DNA of 64,000 bases, taken from contig JBPOFY010000001.1 of assembly GCA_051252375.1 (NCBI GenBank), positions 384,001 through 448,000 on the forward strand. Reading direction: 5' to 3'. Below, one piece after another: positions 42,614-54,745 of this stretch (position 1 is its first letter; each line of letters begins with the position of its first letter). A model generated the notes under the pieces. It saw only the letters and a list, made by a program, of their open reading frames with translations, ran no database searches and had not been told where the DNA came from. A program made the translations under genes and the position numbers. Origin of the DNA: Opitutaceae bacterium (GTDB lineage: Bacteria > Verrucomicrobiota > Verrucomicrobiia > Opitutales > Coraliomargaritaceae).

Positions 42614-43102
42614 TTACTCAGCTGTTGGAACTACGAGCTCTGCTGCTTTTTTATCGGCTGCGTCTTTTGCTGAGTCGGCTAAATCGGTTTTCGCTTGTTT
42701 GATCGCTTCGGTGACTTCAGCGAGGCGAGCCTTTTTATCACTATTGATACCTTCCTCTGCCTGAGCTTGGGTCAATCTTTCAAGCACGCCATCACCTCGC
42801 ACGCTGAATGCATAGGCGAGGACCTTGTCGAGTGCATCCTTGGAATCTTTTTGCAAATACCATAGTTGGCGGTGCATCGAGCCTGCCGCTATGCCGTTGT
42901 CGATGACGGCGGCGATGTTAGCTCGCGACTCAGCGTTCATTGAGTCTTTACCTTGAACATATACTGTCAGCGGAAAGACGAGCTCCCCAGCGATTGCATG
43001 TGCGCGCATGTTGCTGGCACCATAGCGAGCACCAGTTTCGAAGACTGCGATAGCTGCGAAAACGAGTGCAAGTGGCAAGAGTAGGGACTTGATCTTATCC
43101 AT
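42614..43102 (-). CDS. Hypothetical exported or membrane-anchored protein
   Basis: N-terminal hydrophobic segment, helical body. Confidence 0.75.
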   Translation of the reverse strand: MDKIKSLLLPLALVFAAIAVFETGARYGASNMRAHAIAGELVFPLTVYVQGKDSMNAESRANIAAVIDNGIAAGSMHRQLWYLQKDSKDALDKVLAYAFSVRGDGVLERLTQAQAEEGINSDKKARLAEVTEAIKQAKTDLADSAKDAADKKAAELVVPTAE

Positions 43103-43156
43103 GTGGAGGTGGGTATGTGTTAGGGGGCAAAGAATAGGTCATTGCCAATCAAGTGC

Positions 43157-44578
43157 TTACTCTAGCTCGCGGATTTGCGTGCTGTCGATCAACTTTTCGC
43201 CGGCATATAGCTTGGTGACGACGACCAATGGATCGCCAGTTTCGCACCATTTATACTCCTTGAGTCGAGTGAAAGCACTTTGAATAGTCACTTCGTGGTC
43301 GTGGTTGAACTCGATGAAAAATGGTTCAATTCCACGCATGATCAGTAGCTGCTTGAACAAGATTGGGTTGTCGGTAAAAGCGTAGATCGGCAGTTGTGGT
43401 CGTAGTGATGACAACTTCTGAGCGAACAATCCGCGACGCGTGAACACAATGATCGCCGCGTCGAGCGAAGCAGCCAGTTGTGCGGCAGACTTCAGCATCT
43501 TCGACTTCGGCAGTGTCAGATGGATGTCGTCTCTGATCGGCAGGGTTTCTGCCTTTTCCATGCGATAGGCGATGCGATTGATGGTTTGCACGCATTCGAC
43601 GGGGTATTTGCCGACGGTGGTTTCACCAGAGAGCATGACGCAGTCGGCTTGTTCGCGAATTGCGTTGGAGACGTCAGTGACTTCAGCGCGAGTCGGGATG
43701 GGTGACTCGATCATCGATTCAAGCATGTGCGTGGCTACGATCACAGGCTTGGTGCCTTGTATGCAGGCATTGATCGCTCGTGATTGAATCAGTGGAAGAT
43801 CCTCGAAGGGGCACTCGATGCCTAAGTCGCCACGTGCGACCATGAGGCCATCGGATGCTTTGATGATGCCCTCCAGATTCGCAATCGCTTGTTGGTCTTC
43901 GATTTTCGCGATGATTTTGGCCTCGGAGTTACGATCTTTAAGATACTTGTGGAAAATTTCTAAATCTGCGGGCTCGCGGACAAACGACAGGGCGAAGAAT
44001 TCAATGTTTTCCTCGATGCCGACATCGACGTCGCCTTCGTCTTTTTTCGTCAGTGCCGGCAGGTTGACGCGCACACCTGGTAGATTGATGTGGCGGCGAT
44101 TACCGAGCGGTCCCGCGATGACGACTTCGGTGCGAACGCGTTGACCTTCAATGTTGGTCACTTTCAGGCGGATTAGACCACTGTCCACCAATACGGTGTC
44201 GCCTACTGACATGTCATTGGCAAAGCCCGGGTAGTTAACGTCGACGCGGCGGATGCCTTCTTCACCAACGCCGCCGAGACCTTCACCATATGTGAAGTCG
44301 AAAGTTTCGCCCACGACCAGTTCGAAGGTTTCAGGAACGTCGCCTGTGCGAATTTCCGGACCCTTTACATCCATCATGATGGCGATTTGGCGACCAACAC
44401 GGTCGCAGACTTTTCTCACGCGCTGGATGATCTCACGTGTCCAAGCATGATCAGCGTGCGCCATATTGATACGGCAAATGTCGACGCCTTCTTTGATGAG
44501 CTTCTCAAGAGTCGCTTCGTCCATCGTGGCTGGGCCGATGGTAAAGATGATTTTTGTTTTTCGGTATGCGGTTTCCAT
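43157..44578 (-). CDS. pyk: Pyruvate kinase
   Basis: [38 protein letters not shown]. Confidence 0.98.
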   Translation of the reverse strand: METAYRKTKIIFTIGPATMDEATLEKLIKEGVDICRINMAHADHAWTREIIQRVRKVCDRVGRQIAIMMDVKGPEIRTGDVPETFELVVGETFDFTYGEGLGGVGEEGIRRVDVNYPGFANDMSVGDTVLVDSGLIRLKVTNIEGQRVRTEVVIAGPLGNRRHINLPGVRVNLPALTKKDEGDVDVGIEENIEFFALSFVREPADLEIFHKYLKDRNSEAKIIAKIEDQQAIANLEGIIKASDGLMVARGDLGIECPFEDLPLIQSRAINACIQGTKPVIVATHMLESMIESPIPTRAEVTDVSNAIREQADCVMLSGETTVGKYPVECVQTINRIAYRMEKAETLPIRDDIHLTLPKSKMLKSAAQLAASLDAAIIVFTRRGLFAQKLSSLRPQLPIYAFTDNPILFKQLLIMRGIEPFFIEFNHDHEVTIQSAFTRLKEYKWCETGDPLVVVTKLYAGEKLIDSTQIRELE

Positions 44579-44580
44579 AG

Positions 44581-45393
44581 TTACAGTGTAGGGAACTGAA
44601 CAGCACAGGTAGTGCCGATATCTGGATTAACGATATTAATTTTGAATGAATTTGCGCGGCAAAGCCCTGCAAACTTGCTCTGGACGTGTGCCACGCTGTT
44701 GCAGTCTTTGCTGAGGTGGGCGATGAATACTTCTCTAAGTTTGGCGCTGCCGTTTAATTCATTGAGCACATTGTAAGCAGCGTCATTGGAGAGGTGGCCG
44801 TGGCGACCGCGGATGCGTTGCTTGGTGGACCAAGGGCGTTTTTCGTCCTTTTCGAGCAAATCTTCGTCGTAATTGGCTTCAAGCACCAGCGTTTCGACCG
44901 AGTGCATATGCTCTTTGACGTGCTCCGGCACGTAGCCGAGGTCGGTGATCCAGCCGAGACCTTGTCGAGGGCTGAAAAGATCGCCCTCTTCGCCCCAATG
45001 GAAGGTGTAGCCGACGGGGTCATAGGCGTCGTGGGGGAGGGAAAAGGAGCGGATTTCGATGTCGCGAAAATTAAAAGTCGTGCCGGTTTGAAAGATTTGC
45101 CAGTTCGGGCGCTTGGTCAGTTTGCCTTGGACTGCATCCGCGGTGTCGCGGTTAGCGAAAATGGGCAGGTCGGCACGTTTCGCTAGCCCACGAATGCCCT
45201 GTGCGTGGTCGCTGTGCTCGTGGGTTAAAAAGACCGCATCTATCGTATCTAGCGACTCATTAATGGTTTGCAGCATTTCGCCGATGCGCTTGGCTGAAAA
45301 GCCGACATCGACCAACACCTTGGTATTGCCAGTGCATAAAAGGGCGCAGTTTCCGCTACTACTAGAGCCGAGAATCTGAAAATTGGCTGACAT
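44581..45393 (-). CDS. MBL-fold metallo-hydrolase (YycJ/WalJ-like)
   Basis: GSSSSGN, THEHSDH, HDA, GHLSN, AHLS. Confidence 0.9.
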   Translation of the reverse strand: MSANFQILGSSSSGNCALLCTGNTKVLVDVGFSAKRIGEMLQTINESLDTIDAVFLTHEHSDHAQGIRGLAKRADLPIFANRDTADAVQGKLTKRPNWQIFQTGTTFNFRDIEIRSFSLPHDAYDPVGYTFHWGEEGDLFSPRQGLGWITDLGYVPEHVKEHMHSVETLVLEANYDEDLLEKDEKRPWSTKQRIRGRHGHLSNDAAYNVLNELNGSAKLREVFIAHLSKDCNSVAHVQSKFAGLCRANSFKINIVNPDIGTTCAVQFPTL

Positions 45394-45575
45394 CGACCGC
45401 AGAACTACACGCCCACAGGATGGGAGCAAAGCATTTTTACGCACTTGCCTATCTGTTAATATCCCCTTTGGCTCTCCCGCTTCAATTAACTGGCTGAGCA
45501 GCTTGCGCCCTAGTCATTCGCACACAACTTGTTACGAGTGAAAGGTCGCTGCCGCAAAGGCCGATCCGTATTGAT

Positions 45576-46556
45576 ATGAAAAATAAACACAGCAGCCCAT
45601 CGCAAGACGCACTCGCTCCTGCTTTTACCAAGCCGAGTAAAGTCTATGATCAGGATTTCGTCCTCACCGACGAATACCGTGCCGCCCTGCCCGATATGCA
45701 GAATGCCGATGCGCAGCAAATTTTCGGTGCCAATGTGCCTATCTTGAAGGTGGGCATTTCCAACTTTCGGTTACCTTTACGCTACATCACGCCGACTTCG
45801 GATACCATGACCTTGGAGACTTCGGTCACTGGCACGGTGTCGCTCGAAGCGAATCAAAAAGGTATCAACATGTCGCGTATCATGCGCGTGTTTTACGATT
45901 ACCAAGATCGTATCTTCACGCCCGACCTTCTTCAAGATGTGCTCTTGCACTACAAAAAGGAGATTCAAGCACATCGTGCGCAGCTCAAGTTAGATTTTGA
46001 ATATCCGATCATGAAACCGAGCCTCCGCAGCGGCTTGGAAGGTTGGCAGTATTACAAATGCGCATACGAAGGCAAAGTCGATGACCTCGACCGCTTCCGT
46101 AAATACATTCACTTCGATTTCGTTTACTCTTCCGCTTGCCCTTGCTCTTCCGAGCTGTCCGAGCACGCGCGTGAGAGTCGCCAAGTTTATGGCATTCCTC
46201 ATTCACAACGTAGCACCGCACGCGTGAGCGTTGAAGTAGCTGAAGGCGAACACTTGCCAATCGAAGCACTCCAAGCGATCTGTCTCGAGGCCCTGCAGAC
46301 CGAGACACAAGTCATGGTCAAACGTGAGGACGAACAAGCCTTCGCCGAAATGAACGGCGCCTTTACCAAATTTGTCGAAGACGCTGCTCGTTTACTTTAC
46401 GAACAGCTCGATTCTGAGCCGCGTATTGTTGATTTCCAAGTTGCCTGTGCGCACTTGGAATCGCTGCACTCGCATGACGCAGTCGCGGTGATCAACAAAG
46501 GCGTGCCCGGTGGCTTTACCGGACAGTTCGAAGATTTCAAAGGCTTGATTCGATAG
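45576..46556 (+). CDS. folE2: GTP cyclohydrolase IB
   Basis: [41 protein letters not shown]. Confidence 0.95.
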   Translation: MKNKHSSPSQDALAPAFTKPSKVYDQDFVLTDEYRAALPDMQNADAQQIFGANVPILKVGISNFRLPLRYITPTSDTMTLETSVTGTVSLEANQKGINMSRIMRVFYDYQDRIFTPDLLQDVLLHYKKEIQAHRAQLKLDFEYPIMKPSLRSGLEGWQYYKCAYEGKVDDLDRFRKYIHFDFVYSSACPCSSELSEHARESRQVYGIPHSQRSTARVSVEVAEGEHLPIEALQAICLEALQTETQVMVKREDEQAFAEMNGAFTKFVEDAARLLYEQLDSEPRIVDFQVACAHLESLHSHDAVAVINKGVPGGFTGQFEDFKGLIR

Positions 46557-46812
46557 AGTTTGCCTCCGAGGACGACGGTCTTGGACTAAATTTTTTAGGT
46601 TTGGGACGGAGTCTTGGTTAGTCGAAGTTGCGCCTGCTGATCCTTTATAGATAAAGTATACCATCTTCTAGGTTTTTACGTGATGTTGCGCTACGTATTT
46701 TGCAATAGACTGTAAAAATAAAACACTAGGTCACTTTAGGCATGTCATCTGCCATAGAAGTCCTACGTTTGAAATTTTTATATACCGAATGCTACTAGTT
46801 GATACACCCGCT

Positions 46813-47331
46813 ATGCCTACCACCAATTTAAAAGAACTCTTTGATGTCGTTGATGCGGACGACAAAGTTCTACGTGTAGAAACACGCAGTGTCGTGCACC
46901 GCGAGAAACTGATGCACCGCGCGGTGCATATTTTTGTCTTCAACTCAAAGGGCGAGCTCTACTTACAGCGTCGTTCGATGACGAAAGACACAGCGCCCGG
47001 GAAATGGGTGAGCTCCTGTTCCGGTCACGTTGATAGCGGTGAAGAATACGATACCGCTGCCGCGCGCGAGCTCGGTGAAGAAATCGGTCTCTACGATCCA
47101 ATGAGACTGGAGCGCGTTTTCAAAGAAGCTCCCTGCAAGCCAACTGGTCATGAATTCGTCTGGGTGTATCGTTGCCAATCCGAAGGTCCGTTCCAGCTCG
47201 ACCCAACCGAAGTCAGCGATGGTCAGTGGATCGAAATAAAACACTTAAATAACTGGCTCAAAGAACGTCCTCGTGATTTCGCTTGGTCCTTTGTCCACCT
47301 CTGGGAAAAGTATCAAGCGCAACAAGCGTAG
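46813..47331 (+). CDS. NUDIX hydrolase (IDI/YfcD-like)
   Basis: [35 protein letters not shown]udix box. Confidence 0.88.
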   Translation: MPTTNLKELFDVVDADDKVLRVETRSVVHREKLMHRAVHIFVFNSKGELYLQRRSMTKDTAPGKWVSSCSGHVDSGEEYDTAAARELGEEIGLYDPMRLERVFKEAPCKPTGHEFVWVYRCQSEGPFQLDPTEVSDGQWIEIKHLNNWLKERPRDFAWSFVHLWEKYQAQQA

Positions 47332-47334
47332 TCG

Positions 47335-48081
47335 TTATTCGCTGGCTGTCTCTTTTGGGTAGATTGCTTCAGAGAGCATTCGGATTTCTAGCCTTGTTGA
47401 ATTTGTGCGTTTCGGCCGTTCAAGAATGAGGACCACTCTGCGATTTGTAGCGATACGGATGTCATTTGAGAGAACTAGGCGCGGTCCACTTTTTGCCTCA
47501 AAAGCCAGCCCTATCGGTATGCCTTTATCGCTGCCGGCATAATCGCTGAAATCCACGGCAGCAATTGCTCCAGGTTGTATGTCTATATCGGTGGGTCCGG
47601 CTTTTCCAAAGAGTGGCACGCCTGTTGTATTGACCATGAGGAGAGAATTTCGAGCAAAGGATTCTGGGGCGTCATTAATAATAAATAGGTCGTATGTCCG
47701 CTCATGTATTTGAACGTCACGATTTGATGAATGAGCGGCAAAGATAACTAAACCCTGCGCAATGGTTGGGTCGATCTGTGCCGACGTTGCTATCAAATAG
47801 GGGGGATTATTTTCATCTCCAGCGACGTAGTTTGGATTTTTGAAATAAATATTTAGTTCGGGGGTCCCACGGTATTGGTAAGTTGAAATTGAACGGCTGG
47901 TTCGGGTAAATGTCAGAGGTTCAATTTCTTTGCCGTTGAAAAAATACAACTCTTCGAAGTGATCGCGACCGACACCAAAGACACGGAAATCAATGGAGAT
48001 TTCATTCTGTTGTTCTTTTGCGTAGGATTGGGTTCCCATGGCAATGAACAGGAAAACTAAAGTTGTGAATTGCTTAACCAT
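47335..48081 (-). CDS. Secreted hypothetical protein
   Basis: Signal peptide; overlaps the upstream gene by 25 bp, so probably co-transcribed. Confidence 0.75.
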   Translation of the reverse strand: MVKQFTTLVFLFIAMGTQSYAKEQQNEISIDFRVFGVGRDHFEELYFFNGKEIEPLTFTRTSRSISTYQYRGTPELNIYFKNPNYVAGDENNPPYLIATSAQIDPTIAQGLVIFAAHSSNRDVQIHERTYDLFIINDAPESFARNSLLMVNTTGVPLFGKAGPTDIDIQPGAIAAVDFSDYAGSDKGIPIGLAFEAKSGPRLVLSNDIRIATNRRVVLILERPKRTNSTRLEIRMLSEAIYPKETASE

Positions 48082-51077
48082 TTTATGTTTTCGATTCGGA
48101 ATTTTCGCCCAAGCCCAATTGCGTTGTTCATTTCGTCAGCAGGGTTGTTTTTAATTAGATCCGGATAGCGCTGAATAGTCGCTTCGCAATAAGCCACCCC
48201 TTCTTTTTTGCCTGTGATAGGATTGAGGATAACCGCACCGGCACGAATTTTAAAAGTGTCGCTGCGCGGGCTTAGTGCTGGGCTTAGTGCAGAAAGAAGA
48301 TCTGCTTGGCTGAGGAAGCTAGTGGCGTTGCGAGGCATGCGTTCATCGATTGTGGCATCTATATATTTGGTGCCTTCTATCACTGTGTTGATGGCGGTCT
48401 CATCGATGGCTTCTTGGAGCAGACCTGAATTAATAAAAGCTTTAAACGATTCGAAAGGCTTCTCACGTGTTTTAAGTTTATCGACGATATTTACTGCCAA
48501 TGCAGTCAGCTCTTCTTCGCTTATTTCTCTATGGCCCAGTGAGATGCTAGGCTTCCATTCGCTCCCAGGATTGAAGCCATTGCCCGCTTTGAAAGTGTCT
48601 GCTCGTTCGGCATCTGTTAAACTTGGATAGTCATCGCTCAATGTTGTTTCATCCTCGTAATCTTCGAAAGGAAACTTCCAGTTTGTAAATGAGGTCGAGC
48701 GTAAATGCCCGGAAAAGGGGAGTCTAAAAAAGGACGATTCTAGATTTAGTCGATGCTCCGTGCCCACTGTGGCAGTGCCTTTGTTGGTTGAGTAATTCCA
48801 ATCGAAAATGTTGTTGGCGCCGAGAATGGCTTTCCATGCAAGTGCTGAAGTCGAATTAAAATTAAAGCTCCCCACTTGATGTAGGTAGCGCGTAGATTCC
48901 GAATTTTGCAGTTCGATTAAACTTTTCTTAGTGCCGGTTGGTGTGACTGTAATATAAGGGTTTGGAAGGCGGCTCTCTTGCTCAGTGGGGGATTGATGTT
49001 TCCAGTGCGACGAGGCGGGGCTTTGAGGTATACTGGAAATAAAATAGCGATCGAACACTTCGTTCAAGTCGTCTCCCCAACTGTTCCCGATAGAAAACGG
49101 TCGAGTGTCATAGAGCTGCAAGTGTTGCAAAACCCCAATGGAGTAGGGAGTGGTCGCAGGGAGATCAAAAAGGCGAAAGAAATTGTTATTCACCTGGCCA
49201 TGGAAAAAATCAAGGTTCGAGAATGCGATCGATGAGGGTTGGTCCGGGTCGCCTTGATCATCGCCATCCACGTCATTTAAATCGATTCGTTCAAGCGTCT
49301 CGGGAGTGCTCAAATCTAGCGCCGGCGAGCGTAAGTCGATTTTGGTGAGCCACGACTCAATGTCATCGATGCTATCAAGCAGGCGATATTGAAATGCGAT
49401 GGGTGCGTCTGAAACAGATAGGGACGATGGGCTGCTTTGATAGTAAGCGAAGTTGGTTGAAATAGCACCGAATGGGATATCTTTAATTTGCTGAACGACC
49501 TCCCCATCAGTATTGCGTATGATGAGTGAAATTTTTGATGCGGCCGACGTATAGTTGATCGAGTCACCGTCGGGATAGCTGATATTTCTATGGGCAGAGT
49601 TGTAGCTAGGATCATCGACTACCCAGACCCAATCGTTTGTGTAATAGAACTTACTTTTGTTCGAACTCGCGTTGATCGGCCATTCTCCGGTCATCTTGCG
49701 TATCTCTCCAGATTTGTGGGTGTCACTAAAATTGAGCTCAAATTTTGGAGTGATGACGTCAAAATTCAATGTGGTTGAATTTGTGAAACTCTCGGTGTCT
49801 TTGTCGTAAAAGCTAAGGATTATGTCAGGCATATCCACCACTTCTACGCTGAGTTCAGGAGTGCCTGTTCCTGAGCTATCTAGGAATTTGTGGCGAAATC
49901 CATAAGGGCTCCACATCTCTGCTTCGAAGCGTAAAAAAGCTCGGGCATTTCTCGAATTTTTAGTCTGCCCGGAAACTACAAAGTATAGCGAATATTCGGT
50001 GATGAGGACGGGCGTTGTTATTACGGTGTCTCCGGCATTCAAGGTCTCGAGATCTGTGTCGTTCAATCCTATTAGGGCGATGTCGCCGTTTGCATCTGGA
50101 GAGCTGTCCCATAGAAATTTGCGCAGCGCGTCATCGACTTTTAAGGGCGAGGCAGTCGAGTCGAAGCTCTGATCCATGAGGTCAAACTTAAGACCGCCCA
50201 ATTCCGTGTTGGAAATTACGTTCTTGGCGAGCTGTGTTACGTCATGGAATGAGCCCGTGTGTTCGCTTTGTTCGACTCCAGTGAGTAGCTGCATCTGTGG
50301 TGAACTGATGACTCTCCTTAGCGTGTCGTTGGCGTCTTCTACTTTTTGTGAAATTGCGGGGTCGCGCACATCCTCAATCTCTGAAGGGGTGAATAGGGTG
50401 TCGTCGCTGTAGAATACTTTGAGGTCAGGTCGTCTGGCGCCGATCTGCTTTAGCAACTGCCTTTGTTCTGATATCGATAATCCGGCACTATTGAAATCGC
50501 TGAAAAACTGATCTGACAAATATGAGGATTCGTCGATTTGCCCAGCGCTTGCTTTCACGCCTTCGTCGCTGATCCACCAGGCGATTTGAGATGAGATGTT
50601 GGCATCGCTTAAAACTTCGACGATGGGGGCGGAGACGTATTGGGAGGTGTCTGCTCCAGCGGAGCCGGGCCCGACGAGTTGCATTAGGTCTGCGGGGAGT
50701 ATTGCTGGATCGCTGGGATCGCCGGACACCAACCATGTGGGGGCGGCTGCCGGGGCAGTGGTGTCCCAAATGCCGGTCCAGAATCGAGCGGGGTTGGCGT
50801 AATTCCCCTCGCCTAGAATTTCGGCTCTTGCGGTGACTCGCTGATCGGGACCGCCGTGTTTTTGGAGTTCCCCGATGGCGACCATCAGTGCGAGTCGGGC
50901 GCTTTCGCGTGCTTTCAGCTGCACCAGCGCACTGCTGCTGGTTGTGGTCTCTACCTTAATAAAAAGTGTTACCGACAGGAGCAGGGTGAGCACGAATGCC
51001 ATCAATCCAAGTGCAATCACCAGGGCAAAGCCTGCCTTTCGGCGAGGGGCGTTCTGATGTAATGGATCGCAATTCAT
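48057..51077 (-). CDS. Verru_Chthon cassette protein A / PilX-like large pseudopilin-type protein
   Basis: Prepilin-like RRKAG|FALVIALGLMAFVL; ELQKHGGPDQRVTARA; WWISDEGVKA; C-terminal SPRSDTFKIRA...CEATIQR...GRKFRI..IKWL. Confidence 0.75.
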   Translation of the reverse strand: MNCDPLHQNAPRRKAGFALVIALGLMAFVLTLLLSVTLFIKVETTTSSSALVQLKARESARLALMVAIGELQKHGGPDQRVTARAEILGEGNYANPARFWTGIWDTTAPAAAPTWLVSGDPSDPAILPADLMQLVGPGSAGADTSQYVSAPIVEVLSDANISSQIAWWISDEGVKASAGQIDESSYLSDQFFSDFNSAGLSISEQRQLLKQIGARRPDLKVFYSDDTLFTPSEIEDVRDPAISQKVEDANDTLRRVISSPQMQLLTGVEQSEHTGSFHDVTQLAKNVISNTELGGLKFDLMDQSFDSTASPLKVDDALRKFLWDSSPDANGDIALIGLNDTDLETLNAGDTVITTPVLITEYSLYFVVSGQTKNSRNARAFLRFEAEMWSPYGFRHKFLDSSGTGTPELSVEVVDMPDIILSFYDKDTESFTNSTTLNFDVITPKFELNFSDTHKSGEIRKMTGEWPINASSNKSKFYYTNDWVWVVDDPSYNSAHRNISYPDGDSINYTSAASKISLIIRNTDGEVVQQIKDIPFGAISTNFAYYQSSPSSLSVSDAPIAFQYRLLDSIDDIESWLTKIDLRSPALDLSTPETLERIDLNDVDGDDQGDPDQPSSIAFSNLDFFHGQVNNNFFRLFDLPATTPYSIGVLQHLQLYDTRPFSIGNSWGDDLNEVFDRYFISSIPQSPASSHWKHQSPTEQESRLPNPYITVTPTGTKKSLIELQNSESTRYLHQVGSFNFNSTSALAWKAILGANNIFDWNYSTNKGTATVGTEHRLNLESSFFRLPFSGHLRSTSFTNWKFPFEDYEDETTLSDDYPSLTDAERADTFKAGNGFNPGSEWKPSISLGHREISEEELTALAVNIVDKLKTREKPFESFKAFINSGLLQEAIDETAINTVIEGTKYIDATIDERMPRNATSFLSQADLLSALSPALSPRSDTFKIRAGAVILNPITGKKEGVAYCEATIQRYPDLIKNNPADEMNNAIGLGRKFRIENIKWLSNSQL

Positions 51078-51522
51078 CGCCGTGCATTAGAGAGAGATGT
51101 GCAGAAAAAGCGATACAATGATGATCTTTTTTGTGTTTAGTCTGGCAGTGGTATATTTCCGTGAGTGTTACTGAAATGAGGACTAAAAGAGTAATTATCC
51201 GCAACTAGTTCGTATGGGCTAGTTGCGGCTATTTAGGGTGCGCATTTGTCTTCGGGGGTGAACTCTGAGCTCAAGCCATCATTCAACTGGATGCTTTAGT
51301 ATGTCGGGGCAGTGATAGTAATTGCAGCTGTCGGTCTATTTGTGAGTTCGAAGTGTTAGTATTCCGCGTGAGAGTTGGCTGTTATATAGGGCTACGAAAG
51401 CGATAACACACTTGCCAGCAAGCGGGTCTTTCGCCAGCTTCGGAGCTTTTTCGTAAAACGCGTGTCCTCATCGAGCGAGTCTTTACCTAACATTTCCCAA
51501 TCCAAGAACACACACAGATCTC

Positions 51523-54500
51523 ATGATCTCATCCATTCTCAAGAAATTTTCCGGTCGTCACTATAAGAAATATCTTAAAAAGTGTCAGCCTATCATCGAG
51601 CAGATCAACGCCTTTGAGGTTGAATATCAATCGCTTACGGACGAGCAGCTGCAGGCAAAGACGCCTGAGTTTATGCAGCGCGTTAAGGACGGCGAGACGC
51701 TCGACCAGCTCCTGCCTGAAGCATTTGCTGTGGTGAAAAGCGCGTCACGCCGGATGTGTGGTAAAGAATATGACGTTTGCGACCACATGCTCCCTTGGAA
51801 CATGGTGCACTATGATGTGCAGTTTATCGGCGGTATCGCGATTCACGAAAAGCACATTGCAGAAATGGCGACTGGTGAAGGTAAGACACTGGTTTCGACC
51901 TGTCCGTTGTATTTGAACGCCTTGACTGGGCAGAATTGCCAGTTGGTCACGGTCAATGATTACCTCGCACGTCGTGACTCGGAGTGGATGGGGCACCTCT
52001 TCCGCTTCCTTGGGCTGACTGTTGGTTGTATTCAGAACAGCATGCCGCCGCAGCAGCGCCGCGAGATGTATAACTGTAACGTCACCTACGGCACCGCTTC
52101 GGAATTCGGCTTCGATTATCTCCGCGATAATGGCATGACGAGCAGCAAAGAGGATCAGGTGCAGCGCGATCACTACTTCTGTATCATTGACGAAGTCGAC
52201 TCCATCTTGGTGGACGAGGCCCGCACGCCATTGATCATCTCTGGCCCGATGCAGGATGACAACCCGCTACCTTTTAACGAAATTAAGCCGACTATCCAGA
52301 ATCTGGTTTCGAAGCAGCAGTCATTTTGTAATAACCTCGTTGCCGAAGCCAAGAAGTCCCTCGACTCAGCCGAAACGGACGTCGACGAGAAGCACGAGGC
52401 GATTGCCAAGCTCTACCAAGTGAAGCTGGGCATGCCGAAAAACAAGCAGTTTCACCGTCTCAACGAGGTGCCGACCATCCGTCGTGCAGTCGACAAGTTC
52501 GACCTCGAGATGAATAGCGATTTCAACAAGAAGCAGCGCTACGCCCTCAAAGAAGAGCTTTATTACGTGATCGACGAGAAGCAGCAGCAAGCTGACTTGA
52601 CTGAGAACGGTCGTAATTTAATGAGCCCGAACGATCCGGATGCCTTCATGATGCCGGACTTGCCCACGCAGTTTATCGAGATTGATAAGCAGGAAGAGGT
52701 GAGCCTCGAAGATAAGCAAAAAGCCAAGCATGACGCTGAGACTTTATTCCAGCAAACCAGCGAGCGCATTCACTGCATTAGTCAATTGCTCCGTGCCTAC
52801 AGTCTCTATGAGCGCGACAAGGAATACGTCGTGCAAGCGGGCAAGGTAAACATCGTCGACCAAAATACTGGTCGTGTGATGCCAGGCCGTCGTTGGTCCG
52901 ATGGGCTACACCAAGCGGTGGAAGCCAAAGAAAATTGCACGATCGAGAAGGAGACCAAGACATACGCCACCGTCACGATTCAGAACTACTTCCGCATGTA
53001 TGAGAAGTTGTCTGGTATGACTGGCACGGCGGAAACTGAAGCCTCAGAGTTTAACGAAATCTACGGTCTCAAAGTGATGGTCATCCCGACCAACGAGCCG
53101 AACATTCGTGTCGATATCAACGACGTCGTTTATAAAACCCGTCGCGAAAAATTCAACGCGGTCGTTCGTGAAATCGAAGAGGCGAACAAGAAGGGCCAGC
53201 CCGTGCTGGTCGGCACGGCTTCGGTTGAAGCGTCCGAAGTGCTCAGCCGTATGCTCAAGCGCAGCAACATCACACACAGCGTGTTGAATGCGAAATTCCA
53301 CGAACAGGAAGCCGAGATTGTGGCCAACGCTGGTCAGAAAGGCTCCGTTACGATCGCCACCAATATGGCGGGTCGTGGCACCGACATTAAACTCGGACAG
53401 GGTGTTCCTGATTTGGGCGGACTGTATGTGATCGGCACAGAGCGCCACGAATCTCGCCGTATCGACCGCCAGTTGCGTGGTCGTTGCTCGCGTCAAGGCG
53501 ACCCGGGTGCATCGAAGTTTTTCGTTTCTTTGGAAGACGACCTCATGCGTTTATTTGCCAATGCTGGCCCGATTTCTCGCATCCTTGAAAAGTCGATGAC
53601 TGAGGGCGAAGAGCTTCAGCACCCGGCTTTGAATTGGTCGATCGAGAACGCGCAGAAGAAGGTCGAGCAACAGAACTTCTCCATGCGTAAGCGCTTGCTG
53701 CAGTTTGACGATGTGCTCAACACACAGCGCGAAGTGATCTACGGCATCCGTAACGACGCCATCCATTCCGAGAGTCCGCGTGAGATCCTCTTCGAAATGA
53801 TCGAGGAAGAACTTGAAGTGCGTTTGAATGAACTCGATGACACCAAGGATGAAGAAGCCGTGGAGCGTTTCATTGCTTGGCTGAATGCCTACTTCCCTGT
53901 CGCTTTGAAGGCTGAGGATATTGAAAAAATCGATCCTCAAGCGCAACATACGCTGATTCTTGAGCGCATCAATCACGCTTACGATGAACGTGAAAACTTT
54001 GAGGACCGCGAGGCCCTGATCGGGTTGGCTCGTTATATCATCATCCGTTCGCTCGACCGTCTCTGGCAGGATCATTTGACCGAGATGGAAGAGCTGCGCC
54101 GCAGCGTGAATCTTCGTGGTTACGGCCAGAAAGATCCGCTCAGTGAGTATAAGAGTGAGGCCTACGTGTTTTTCGAAGAGTTGATGAACAATGTGCGCTC
54201 AGAGATTTGTAACTCAGTTTTCCGTTCGGCGACTAGCGCAGAAGCTTTCAATAACATGCTGGCTCGACTCTCGCAAACCGCACAGGTCGCAGGTCCCGGA
54301 ACAGGCCAACAGCAGCCAGGAGCATTAGCTGGCGCTGCTGCCGTGGCTCAACCGCAAGCGGCAAAGGAAGTGGAATTACCCAAGGTAGAGCCGATTCGTC
54401 GTGAATTACCTAAGATCGGTCGTAATGAAACTGTGACTGTGCGCAAAGGTGTCGAGACCAAGGAAGTCAAATTCAAGAAAGCCGAAACCATGATCCTCAA

Positions 54501-54528
54501 TGATGGTTGGGAATTGGTGCAGAAGTAG
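51523..54528 (+). CDS. secA: Preprotein translocase subunit SecA
   Basis: [49 protein letters not shown]. Confidence 0.99.
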   Translation: MISSILKKFSGRHYKKYLKKCQPIIEQINAFEVEYQSLTDEQLQAKTPEFMQRVKDGETLDQLLPEAFAVVKSASRRMCGKEYDVCDHMLPWNMVHYDVQFIGGIAIHEKHIAEMATGEGKTLVSTCPLYLNALTGQNCQLVTVNDYLARRDSEWMGHLFRFLGLTVGCIQNSMPPQQRREMYNCNVTYGTASEFGFDYLRDNGMTSSKEDQVQRDHYFCIIDEVDSILVDEARTPLIISGPMQDDNPLPFNEIKPTIQNLVSKQQSFCNNLVAEAKKSLDSAETDVDEKHEAIAKLYQVKLGMPKNKQFHRLNEVPTIRRAVDKFDLEMNSDFNKKQRYALKEELYYVIDEKQQQADLTENGRNLMSPNDPDAFMMPDLPTQFIEIDKQEEVSLEDKQKAKHDAETLFQQTSERIHCISQLLRAYSLYERDKEYVVQAGKVNIVDQNTGRVMPGRRWSDGLHQAVEAKENCTIEKETKTYATVTIQNYFRMYEKLSGMTGTAETEASEFNEIYGLKVMVIPTNEPNIRVDINDVVYKTRREKFNAVVREIEEANKKGQPVLVGTASVEASEVLSRMLKRSNITHSVLNAKFHEQEAEIVANAGQKGSVTIATNMAGRGTDIKLGQGVPDLGGLYVIGTERHESRRIDRQLRGRCSRQGDPGASKFFVSLEDDLMRLFANAGPISRILEKSMTEGEELQHPALNWSIENAQKKVEQQNFSMRKRLLQFDDVLNTQREVIYGIRNDAIHSESPREILFEMIEEELEVRLNELDDTKDEEAVERFIAWLNAYFPVALKAEDIEKIDPQAQHTLILERINHAYDERENFEDREALIGLARYIIIRSLDRLWQDHLTEMEELRRSVNLRGYGQKDPLSEYKSEAYVFFEELMNNVRSEICNSVFRSATSAEAFNNMLARLSQTAQVAGPGTGQQQPGALAGAAAVAQPQAAKEVELPKVEPIRRELPKIGRNETVTVRKGVETKEVKFKKAETMILNDGWELVQK

Positions 54529-54585
54529 GCGGAATTGTTTAAACTAGGTTAAACGATAATCACTCCCGTGAGGGCTTATCCTAAA

Positions 54586-54738
54586 TTCAGAAGTTGGAAG
54601 TTAGGAGCTAGAAGTTAGGGCATTATTCTCAAAGGCTTACAGCGGAAACACCCATCGCCAAATTGGCGAAAGTGCTCACATTTACAAACCATTGTCTTTC
54701 AGCGACTAACTTCTAACTGCCGTCTCCTAACTCCTCTT
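54586..54738. repeat. Inverted pair of heptamer arrays
   Basis: TTCAGAA GTTGGAA GTTAGGA GCTAGAA GTTAGGG (54586-54620) and GACTAAC TTCTAAC TGCCGTC TCCTAAC TCCTCTT (54704-54738). Confidence 0.7.
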
Positions 54739-54745
54739 TAAGGGC

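Noticed and set aside
45505..45545. THF-I riboswitch suggested by CACACAAC
   Set aside because: The other conserved segments are missing; kept only as a generic structured-leader candidate.
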